Below are positions 53,609-64,000 of a DNA stretch of 64,000 nucleotides, in pieces; position 1 is the stretch's first letter; each line of letters begins with the position of its first letter. Location: positions 1,232 to 65,231 of the forward strand of contig JAZKAN010000002.1 of the NCBI GenBank assembly GCA_040389125.1, read 5' to 3'. The stretch comes from Patescibacteria group bacterium. GTDB taxonomy: Bacteria; Patescibacteriota; Minisyncoccia; Phycocordibacterales; DATDWN01. A program made the position numbers and the translations under genes. The notes under the pieces are model-generated. The model had not been told where the DNA came from, searched no databases, and saw only the letters and a program-made list of their open reading frames with translations.

Positions 53609-54175
53609 ATGACATTACGTGAATCTACATTAAAAAATACAAAGAGTGTGAGAGGGTTTACTCTCATTGAGATGATGGTCTCTCTCGCGGTGTTTAGTGT
53701 GGTTGTTGTTCTCAGTATGAGTGCAATAGTGAGTGTCTTGGATTCTAATCAGAAATCACAAACACTGCGTTCGGCAATGGACAATCTAAATGTGACACTC
53801 GAAAGTATGACTAGAGCAATTCGTTTTGGGACTACATATCATTGTGGATTAACCGGTTCCGGTACAGCTGATTGTGGTGGAGGAGATACAGGTATGATGT
53901 TTATTGGATCTGATGGTGTGCGGGTACGATATAATCTAAGCGAAGGAAGAATCGTGCGTAGTAGCGATATTGGTGCGTATACTCCTATGACATCTGCAGA
54001 TATAATAATTGAAAAACTGACGTTTTATGTAAGCGGTTCTACTCCATATCCGGGTGATAATCTGCAACCCAGAGTGGTTATTGTTATAAAAGGATATACC
54101 GGAGCAAAAGCAAGTACAAAAACATCATTTGTATTATCGACCACAATTTCTCAGAGACAACTAGATTATCAATAG
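53609..54175 (+). CDS. Minor pilin / pseudopilin
   Basis: SVRG/FTLIEMMVSLAVFSVVVVL is a class III signal. Confidence 0.8.
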   Translation: MTLRESTLKNTKSVRGFTLIEMMVSLAVFSVVVVLSMSAIVSVLDSNQKSQTLRSAMDNLNVTLESMTRAIRFGTTYHCGLTGSGTADCGGGDTGMMFIGSDGVRVRYNLSEGRIVRSSDIGAYTPMTSADIIIEKLTFYVSGSTPYPGDNLQPRVVIVIKGYTGAKASTKTSFVLSTTISQRQLDYQ

Positions 54176-54178
54176 CAT

Positions 54179-54811
54179 ATGACTCTATTCAATTTCAAAA
54201 ACTCAAAAGGTTTTACACTAGTAGAAACAATGGTTGCAATTGCTATTTTGTCAGTATCCATTACTGCTACATTTACAGCTGCCCAAAAAGGATTGCAGTC
54301 TTCGTCATATGCAAAAGACCAAATCACCGCATTTTATTTAATACAGGATGCAATGGAATATATAGAAAATGTTAGAGATATAAATAGAATACAATCTATC
54401 GCATCACTTTCATCTGGAGGAAGTCGAGTTGGTTGGCTCACTGGTCTCTCTCAAAATAGTAGCGACCCATGCTGGTTTGCTGATCAGCCTGGGGGCAAAG
54501 TCTGTACTATTGACACTCGTCTTAACATTGCCGCCGCAACAGCTGCGGGACTAACTCAGGCGTGTACTGGAACATGGGCAAGTAATACATGCTCAAACGT
54601 GTACCAGGATACAGCAACAGCAAGCCCGACATATTTGTACGGCTACACCACAACTGCTGGATGGACGCAAACGTCATTCAAACGAGAGATTAAATTTGAA
54701 ACTGTATCACTCTCAAACCCTCCAGAGGTCAGGGTTACTGTGAGAGTCAGCTGGGCGAGTGGAGTGTTTGCAAAATCAATTAGTGTTTCAGAGGATCTTT
54801 TGGACCGATAA
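54179..54811 (+). CDS. Minor pilin / pseudopilin
   Basis: NSKG/FTLVETMVAIAILSVSITA is a class III signal. Confidence 0.8.
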   Translation: MTLFNFKNSKGFTLVETMVAIAILSVSITATFTAAQKGLQSSSYAKDQITAFYLIQDAMEYIENVRDINRIQSIASLSSGGSRVGWLTGLSQNSSDPCWFADQPGGKVCTIDTRLNIAAATAAGLTQACTGTWASNTCSNVYQDTATASPTYLYGYTTTAGWTQTSFKREIKFETVSLSNPPEVRVTVRVSWASGVFAKSISVSEDLLDR

Positions 54812-54816
54812 TATCT

Positions 54817-58381
<3,565 letters not shown>

Positions 58382-58383
58382 GT

Positions 58384-58594
58384 AAAGGAAATAAATATAT
58401 TTTCAGAGCACGCATAAAATTGTACTCAATTTTTGCTCTCGCTCAGAGATCAAGAAAATAATACACTCAATGCGTAGCCCTCTCGCAAACTCGCCAGGAT
58501 TACCTGTGCTCAAACAGTGCTTCGGGCTTACTTCATTTTCGCTGTTATTTTCTAATCTCTTCCGCAGTCTCAAAAAATTATATTTATTTTCTTT
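58384..58594 (-). repeat. Nested-palindrome repeat, family C, copy 2 (inverted)
   Basis: The reverse complement carries CCGAAGCACTGTTTGAGCACAGGTAATCCTGGCGAGTTTGCGAGAGG plus homologous arms. It starts 3 nt after the ligA stop. Confidence 0.7.
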
Positions 58595-58626
58595 ACTTTT
58601 GCTCATTTTCCAAAAAATGCTATTGT

Positions 58627-58932
58627 ATGAGTATGATAACAACTGATGAAATCAAACACCTTGCCGAGCTGGCACGCATGGAGCTTTCTCCAGGGGAAAT
58701 AGAAGGATTGACCGGACAAATTGACTCGATTCTGGGGTATGTAGGACAAATCAAAAACGCAACAGGCGATATGGTACAGGAATTACCCCCACTGAGAAAT
58801 GTTATGAGGGAAGATGTCGTAACAAATGCCTCCCGAGAATATACAGAGGATATTTTAGCCAACACTCCAAATCGCGAGGGTGATTATTTGAAAGTAAAGA
58901 AAATTCTTGGTAACAGCGACGATATTATTTAA
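58627..58932 (+). CDS. gatC: Asp/Glu-tRNA amidotransferase subunit C
   Basis: 101 aa with IKHLAELARMELSPGEIEGLTGQIDSILGYV. Confidence 0.9.
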   Translation: MSMITTDEIKHLAELARMELSPGEIEGLTGQIDSILGYVGQIKNATGDMVQELPPLRNVMREDVVTNASREYTEDILANTPNREGDYLKVKKILGNSDDII

Positions 58933-58938
58933 TTTTTT

Positions 58939-60363
58939 ATGATTGACCTTACAACTCTCACCATCGCTACTGCTAGAAAAAAACTTGACGCAAGGGAGTT
59001 TTCTGCTGTTGATTTAGCACAGGCGTATCTCACTGAAATAGAAAAGAAAAATCCTGAACTCAATGCGTATCTCGAAGTATATGATGATGTGTTGGAACAG
59101 GCAAAAAATGCAGATGAAAAAATTGCCAAAGGTGAGTCATGTCCACTTTTGGGCATTCCACTTGCGGTTAAAGATGTTATTTTAATTAAAAATAGGAAAG
59201 TCACTGCCGCTTCAAAAATTTTGGAAGGCTATGTTGCTACATATGACGCTACGGTTATAGCGCGACTTCGAGAGCAGGGAGTAGTTTTTCTCGGTAGAAC
59301 GAATACAGATGAATTTGCTATGGGAGGATCAACAGAAAACTCTGCATTTGGTCCAACAAAAAACCCTCACGATACTTCACGTGTTTCCGGCGGTTCATCT
59401 GGCGGATCGATTGTTGCTGTCGCAGCACATATGGCTCTCGGTGCTTTGGGATCAGATACTGGCGGATCGGTACGTGAACCTGCAGCTTTTTGTGGAGTTG
59501 TTGGAATGAAACCAACATACGGCAGAGTATCTCGCTATGGACTCATTGCCATGGGATCATCACTTGATTGCATCGGTCCAATTGCAAAAACTGTAGAGGA
59601 TGTGCAGATTATGTATTCAGCAATCGAGGGACATGACAGGCTCGATAGCACTACTATTACTGACACAACGTATCCGAAAATTACTGAAAAAAAAGAAATG
59701 ACTATCGGTGTACCATGGGATTTGGTCAATGGGGAAGGTGTGGGTGGATCGGTTAAACAAAATTTTGCAGAGGCTGTAAAAAAGCTTGAACTTCAAGGCC
59801 ACACAATAAAAAATGTTTTCTTGCCAAATATGGCACTGGCACTGGCAGTGTATTACATTATTATGCCCGCAGAAGCCTCATCTAACCTCTCACGATTTGA
59901 TGGGGTAAAGTATGGATTGCATATTGATGGTAAAAATTTACTCGAAGATTACACCAAAACGCGTGGACAAGGTTTTGGTCCTGAAGTTCGACGAAGAATT
60001 CTCCTAGGAACATACGTTCTTTCTTCAGGTTATTATGATGCATATTATGCAAAAGCACAGCATGTACGAAGTATGCTTCGGAAAGAATTTGATGACGCAT
60101 TTAAAGATGTGGATCTTGTGCTCACCCCGACCGCACCTTTTGTTGCGTGGAAAATAGGGGAAAAAACTGACCCATTATCTATGTATCTTGCAGATATTTT
60201 TACAATTACGGCAAATATTATCGGGGTTCCAGCCATTTCCATACCTTCTGGATTTACAGAAGTCGAAGGAAAAAATTTGCCGCTCGGTATTCAATTCATG
60301 GCGCCACACGCGGGGGAGAATATTTTATTTGATATTGGTAAAAAGTTTCTGGGAGAAAAATAA
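58939..60363 (+). CDS. gatA: Asp/Glu-tRNA amidotransferase subunit A (amidase signature)
   Basis: 474 aa with GGSSGGS and the GSDTGGSVREPAAFCG amidase signature. Confidence 0.95.
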   Translation: MIDLTTLTIATARKKLDAREFSAVDLAQAYLTEIEKKNPELNAYLEVYDDVLEQAKNADEKIAKGESCPLLGIPLAVKDVILIKNRKVTAASKILEGYVATYDATVIARLREQGVVFLGRTNTDEFAMGGSTENSAFGPTKNPHDTSRVSGGSSGGSIVAVAAHMALGALGSDTGGSVREPAAFCGVVGMKPTYGRVSRYGLIAMGSSLDCIGPIAKTVEDVQIMYSAIEGHDRLDSTTITDTTYPKITEKKEMTIGVPWDLVNGEGVGGSVKQNFAEAVKKLELQGHTIKNVFLPNMALALAVYYIIMPAEASSNLSRFDGVKYGLHIDGKNLLEDYTKTRGQGFGPEVRRRILLGTYVLSSGYYDAYYAKAQHVRSMLRKEFDDAFKDVDLVLTPTAPFVAWKIGEKTDPLSMYLADIFTITANIIGVPAISIPSGFTEVEGKNLPLGIQFMAPHAGENILFDIGKKFLGEK

Positions 60364-60419
60364 ATTTTGTTGTACAATGAGAGTGTTAGTTTTTTCTAAT
60401 TTCTTATTTTTACATTTTT

Positions 60420-61388
60420 ATGGCAGATGAACCAAAGCCAAGCAAACCAGCTGACAAAGCACCTGCACCTGCTGCGGCACCGAGCAGGCCTGATCCATTT
60501 GTTGAGATTGTTTCATTTTTAATTGTTATTTTTTTGGCTAGTTTTATCGTAAACGGAGTCATTCGATCTGTTACTTCTAGTAGACTTTTTTCACAAGGAT
60601 GGAGTGCATTTACTCCGAGGGGAATACTTCTTTCTCATACTCGTTCTATTTCTTCTTTGGAAAATCCAGTCGGAGCTACTGTAGTGGTTACAAGTAAGGG
60701 TGAAATCGTCGTTCTCGATTCTGCAGGTGGAACAAGTATTGGTACACAGAAAATGGAAGTTCGTGGCAAAGTCATTCAGGGACCAGTCACTATCGGAACC
60801 CAGAGGTACTGGAATATTGATTTTGATACTGGTGTTGATGGTTGGGTTAATGAAAATGATATTGCATATTTAGAAAATACCTCGGGTCCCACGATTTTGG
60901 AGAGAATAATTTTATTTGCATGGACAGCGGGGAATTATATTAAAGTGATTTCTGTTATTCTCACTGTTTTGGCAATATATGGAATTATCCATTTCACTCG
61001 AAAACTAGGTGAAATGCGAAGAGCGGAGCATGCCATGTTGTATCCGCCACCCGTTGTTTCGTCCGCTGGGATTACTAATCCAAAATGGGATAGAGTATTG
61101 CAACATATTGAATCGAACAATGAAAATGACTGGCGACTTGCGATACTCGAGTCAGATATTATGCTGAGTGATATTTTGGATAATCTGGGATTGCCGGGGG
61201 AGACCATGGGAGAGAAATTAAAAGCTGTAGAGAAAAGTGATTTTCAAACTATAGATGCTGCATGGGAAGCACATAAAATACGTAATCAAATTGCACATGA
61301 AGGTGCCGATTTTGTCCTGAGTCAACGAGAAGCACGACGTGTGATCGAGTTGTATCGTGCCATTTTCGAAGAATTTCATACTATATAA
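60420..61388 (+). CDS. Hypothetical membrane protein with a C-terminal RNxxxH (DUF4145/HEPN-like) domain
   Basis: 322 aa with a Pro/Ala-rich N-terminus and two TM helices. The C-terminus has AWEAHKIRNQIAHEGADF (nt 61281-61298). Confidence 0.65.
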   Translation: MADEPKPSKPADKAPAPAAAPSRPDPFVEIVSFLIVIFLASFIVNGVIRSVTSSRLFSQGWSAFTPRGILLSHTRSISSLENPVGATVVVTSKGEIVVLDSAGGTSIGTQKMEVRGKVIQGPVTIGTQRYWNIDFDTGVDGWVNENDIAYLENTSGPTILERIILFAWTAGNYIKVISVILTVLAIYGIIHFTRKLGEMRRAEHAMLYPPPVVSSAGITNPKWDRVLQHIESNNENDWRLAILESDIMLSDILDNLGLPGETMGEKLKAVEKSDFQTIDAAWEAHKIRNQIAHEGADFVLSQREARRVIELYRAIFEEFHTI

Positions 61389-61398
61389 GTGATTAAAC

Positions 61399-61426
61399 AA
61401 AATCACCCCAAAAGGGTGATTTTGTT
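61399..61426 (+). terminator. Intrinsic terminator
   Basis: ATCACCC, loop CAAAA, GGGTGAT, followed by TTTGTT. Confidence 0.75.
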
Positions 61427-61432
61427 ATCTTG

Positions 61433-61776
61433 TTGCGGGACCAGGACTTGCACCTGGGTCTGAAGGTTATGCTTTCCACTATAGTTTTCACTACTTCCAA
61501 ATTTCAAAAATTTGTAATTTGTGGTCTGGACTATACCATTTCCTTTTTCAAACGAGTTTGAAGGTAAGGAATTCACCATCTAGTCTCTACACATTTATCA
61601 GTTGATTTTAGTCATCTGAATTTAGCTCGGAATTGTCTTTCTCTACTATACTATAGTAAAGAGAGGATTTCTCCGAATTTGGCGAATGCAATCCTAAAAA
61701 TTTCTTTTTAGGTGGCCCATACAGGATGCAAGATCCAATACTTGAGCCTTCCGAGATACTGCTTCTCTATCCCGCT
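61433..61776 (-). tRNA. Initiator-like tRNA(CAU) interrupted by a 273-nt group I intron in the anticodon loop
   Basis: The 5' exon (61776-61745) is AGCGGGA-TA-GAGA-AGCAGTA-TCTC-G-GAAGG-CT. The 3' exon (61471-61433) is CATAA-CCTTC-AGAC-CCAGG-TGCAAGT-CCTGG-TCCCGCA-A. The spliced loop is CTCATAA. Features are A11:U24 and a 1:72 mismatch. Confidence 0.75.
61472..61744 (-). mobile_element. Group I self-splicing intron (IC3/Azoarcus-like core)
   Basis: The minus strand contains GTGTAGAGACTAGATGG (plus-strand 61576-61592) and CAAATTCGGAGAAATCC (61665-61681). As recalled, these closely match the Azoarcus tRNA-Ile intron core segments. U precedes the 5' splice site and G ends the intron. Confidence 0.75.
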
Positions 61777-61847
61777 ATAGGGAATCATACAGTGTTTTGG
61801 TTTATATGCAAGTTGTTTTTGTACCATAGTTGTATTAATATATACCT

Positions 61848-62522
61848 ATGCACAATCCATCTATTAGATATAAGGCACTTGAATTACGTCAAAAAGGTAC
61901 AAGTCTAAATGAGATCGCAACTAGCCTTGAATTAAAAAAATCCACAGTAAGTTATTGGTGCAAGAATATTGTATTAAAAGAATCTGCAATCAAGAAAATT
62001 AAAATAAAGGGTAGGGAGAAATCTGTGCATGCACTACTACGATATTCTGAGATAAAAAGGAAAGAAAGAATTGAAAGAGATTTTGTTCAAAAGAAAGGTG
62101 GTGTAAATTTTGTAGGTGCGGTATCTAGAAGAGACATTCTTATGGCAGGATTCGGATTATATTGGGGAGAGGGATATAAGGTTGGGGAGCTTGGTTTTAC
62201 CAACAGTAATCCCAAAATTATTAAATTTTATCTTGCATGGATCAAGCAATTCGATGTCCAAAAAATTGATCTCATATTTCGCCTAACAATTAATCAGGCA
62301 TTTAAGTCATACGAAAAACAAATTAAGGATTTTTGGGTGAGGTTTCTCGGTGTTAAAGAAAATCAATTTTCCAAAACTACATGTATACAGACAATATTGA
62401 GAAAAGAGTTTATTCCTGACACGTCTAGTTATAAAGGAGTACTGCGTGTAAAAGTTAGAAGGGGACTATCACTTAAAAATAAGATTCTTGGTGCAATCGA
62501 ACATATTTCTACTTGTGTCTGA
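61848..62522 (+). CDS. HTH plus LAGLIDADG-like putative homing endonuclease (free-standing)
   Basis: 224 aa. The N-terminal HTH is GTSLNEIATSLELKKSTVSYWCKN. ILMAGFGLYWGEGYK (nt about 62139-62177) resembles a single LAGLIDADG motif. It lies 72 nt from the intron-containing tRNA. Confidence 0.5.
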   Translation: MHNPSIRYKALELRQKGTSLNEIATSLELKKSTVSYWCKNIVLKESAIKKIKIKGREKSVHALLRYSEIKRKERIERDFVQKKGGVNFVGAVSRRDILMAGFGLYWGEGYKVGELGFTNSNPKIIKFYLAWIKQFDVQKIDLIFRLTINQAFKSYEKQIKDFWVRFLGVKENQFSKTTCIQTILRKEFIPDTSSYKGVLRVKVRRGLSLKNKILGAIEHISTCV

Positions 62523-62568
62523 TTTTTTATCATGGTATTCTCTATTTGTTCAGTACCTAGTACTTGAC

Positions 62569-62639
62569 GTCGGTGTAGTTCAATGGTAGAACGGAGGACT
62601 CATAAGCCTTAAACCGTGGTCCGATTCCACGCATCGACA
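62569..62639 (+). tRNA. tRNA(CAU), probably elongator Met
   Basis: Acceptor GTCGGTG/CATCGAC. D arm GTTC-AATGGTA-GAAC. Anticodon loop CTCATAA. T arm CGTGG-TCCGATT-CCACG. Discriminator A. Confidence 0.8.
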
Positions 62640-62679
62640 CAAAATTTGTTTCTCGTGTGTATTCGTGCTAATCTAAATC

Positions 62680-63240
62680 ATGGTATTTAGAAATCATATC
62701 TCCATAACTGCAGACAGTGGGGTAGGGAGCACCACTACTGCAAAACGTCTTCACTCCATCCTGGGGTATGCTCCATGGCGTTGGGTTAATGCTGGTGCAA
62801 TCATGCGTATTTTTGCAAAGGAACTTGGTATGAGTATCGAGGATTTTGCGGTTTACAACAGCGAGCACCTGGAAGAAAAGTTTGATGAACGGTGTGACGA
62901 CATGATCAAACATTTTGGCGAGCAGGACTATGTGATTTTCGAAGGACGTCTTGTACACTATTTTGCGCCGCATGCATATCACGTTCGACTCGTCTGTGAT
63001 CCACAAATCCGTGCACAGAGACGGTCAAAAGAAATGCACATGTTCACAAAAGACGAGGTGCTCCAGAAAATCATAGACAGAGACAAAATGAATACAGAAC
63101 GGTATGTGAAAATTTACGGTAGCGAGGTATTGTGGCCGGACGAGAAATTTGATTTGGTGCTCGATACGGGTGTTTTTCCACCAGACATCATCGCCGAAAA
63201 GATTTTGGCAGGTCACACAGAGTGGCTAAAAGGGAAGTAG
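62680..63240 (+). CDS. Cytidylate-kinase-like P-loop family protein (degenerate Walker A)
   Basis: 186 aa with ISITADSGVGSTTTAKRL in place of GxxGxGKS/T. The overall layout resembles CMP/AMP kinase-like proteins. Confidence 0.6.
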   Translation: MVFRNHISITADSGVGSTTTAKRLHSILGYAPWRWVNAGAIMRIFAKELGMSIEDFAVYNSEHLEEKFDERCDDMIKHFGEQDYVIFEGRLVHYFAPHAYHVRLVCDPQIRAQRRSKEMHMFTKDEVLQKIIDRDKMNTERYVKIYGSEVLWPDEKFDLVLDTGVFPPDIIAEKILAGHTEWLKGK

Positions 63241-63295
63241 AGACGTCGTTGCTCTTCTGATTAAAATCTGTTACATTTTATCTGTTCCATTAAAT

Positions 63296-63370
63296 GCGGT
63301 CGTAGCTCAATTTGGTTAGAGCACTCCCCTGTCACGGGAGAGGTTGCCGGTTCAAGTCCGGTCGACCGCG
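63296..63370 (+). tRNA. tRNA-Asp, anticodon GUC
   Basis: Acceptor GCGGTCG/CGACCGC. Anticodon arm CTCCC-CTGTCAC-GGGAG. T arm GCCGG-TTCAAGT-CCGGT. Discriminator G. Confidence 0.9.
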
Positions 63371-63376
63371 CAAAGA

Positions 63377-63405
63377 AAATAGAGCCAATACTATGGCTCT
63401 ATTTT
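63377..63405 (+). terminator. Intrinsic terminator after tRNA-Asp
   Basis: AAAATAGAGCC, loop AATACTAT, GGCTCTATTTT. Confidence 0.75.
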
Positions 63406-63447
63406 CGTATACTGATTGGACGGGAGAACTGGTATACTTATTTGTAT

Positions 63448-64000
63448 ATGAACTGGATAAAATTTATTAGGATTTTCTTACTCGTTTTAATTGTTATTGG
63501 AGTTGGACTACTTATTACTCAAAAAATGCGGGTGCCGAAGTTGGTTGATAGAATTTTAAAAAATGAAAATAAAGGTCAGCAGATTTCGAATATCAATGCT
63601 GATTCAACCTTAATCCCTTCTTTTAAATTTATCTCAATTAAACCGGACGAAATACTAGAACTTGGAAAGTCATATAAAATACAATTAACTCCCTGTATTG
63701 AAAAAAATAATCCAGATATGCGATTAAGTCTGTGGGTAGATCAAGATACGGGTCGTGCATATGACACTGGTGTGGATTTAAATAATACAGCGTGCGACTC
63801 AAACTCTCATGTTTCGACTATACAGTGGACAGCAGATGAACCAAACTTTTTTGGTCCTAATAAATATGAGCCACTTAAATCCAAATTTACTTTACGCAGG
63901 GCGATTGGTAAAGGAAATAACGAAAATGAAGTTGCAATAGCGACAAGCACTACATTCTTTTTGGCAGGACCTTCATGGATCGGTGAGGCCGGTGATACGA
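63448..64000 (+). CDS. Hypothetical membrane-anchored protein, 3' end outside the window
   Basis: ATG 63448 stays open to the window edge by hand translation (MNWIKFIRIFLLVLIVIGVGLLITQK...). It has an N-terminal anchor. It is absent from the track, probably because it is open-ended. Confidence 0.55.
   Translation, partial: MNWIKFIRIFLLVLIVIGVGLLITQKMRVPKLVDRILKNENKGQQISNINADSTLIPSFKFISIKPDEILELGKSYKIQLTPCIEKNNPDMRLSLWVDQDTGRAYDTGVDLNNTACDSNSHVSTIQWTADEPNFFGPNKYEPLKSKFTLRRAIGKGNNENEVAIATSTTFFLAGPSWIGEAGDT

Overview
This window reads as an AT-rich, streamlined chromosome segment of a Candidate Phyla Radiation (Patescibacteria/Parcubacteria-like) bacterium. G+C is judged by eye only, about 35-42% in housekeeping genes. 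Core content: the ribosomal-protein operon rpsC-rplP-rpmC-rpsQ-rplN-rplX-rplE ... rpsN-rpsH-rplF-rplR-rpsE-rplO-secY-adk-map with no rpmD, then ndk, infC-rpmI-rplT, ssrA (tmRNA) plus smpB, ftsH, recG, a MutY-like glycosylase, comFC, a 14-gene type IV pilus cluster, ligA, gatCA and six tRNA genes. No CRISPR array, rRNA, transposase or integrase was seen.

Items worth a second look:
1. An AT-rich accessory island lies against the 3' end of ssrA. It carries a tight four-gene operon that includes an RNxxxH (HEPN-like) protein. This is my best candidate for an undescribed defence-type system.
2. A 2-kb array of three terminator-delimited orphan genes splits the normally invariant rplE-rpsN junction.
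3. A set of visibly GC-richer orphan cassettes all carry strong Shine-Dalgarno sites, while the native genes have none.
4. At least three families of long nested-palindrome intergenic repeats were found. In two families the outermost stem or flank pairing differs between copies but stays self-complementary.
5. A group I intron with an Azoarcus-like core interrupts an initiator-like tRNA(CAU). A free-standing LAGLIDADG-like ORF sits next to it.
6. Several tRNAs are unusual: Ile-UAU, a class II tRNA with anticodon ACU, and non-canonical T-loops.
7. One minor pilin carries a DUF2341/LamG-type module inserted between glycine linkers.

All calls rest on reading the sequence and recalling family motifs. 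No database search was run.
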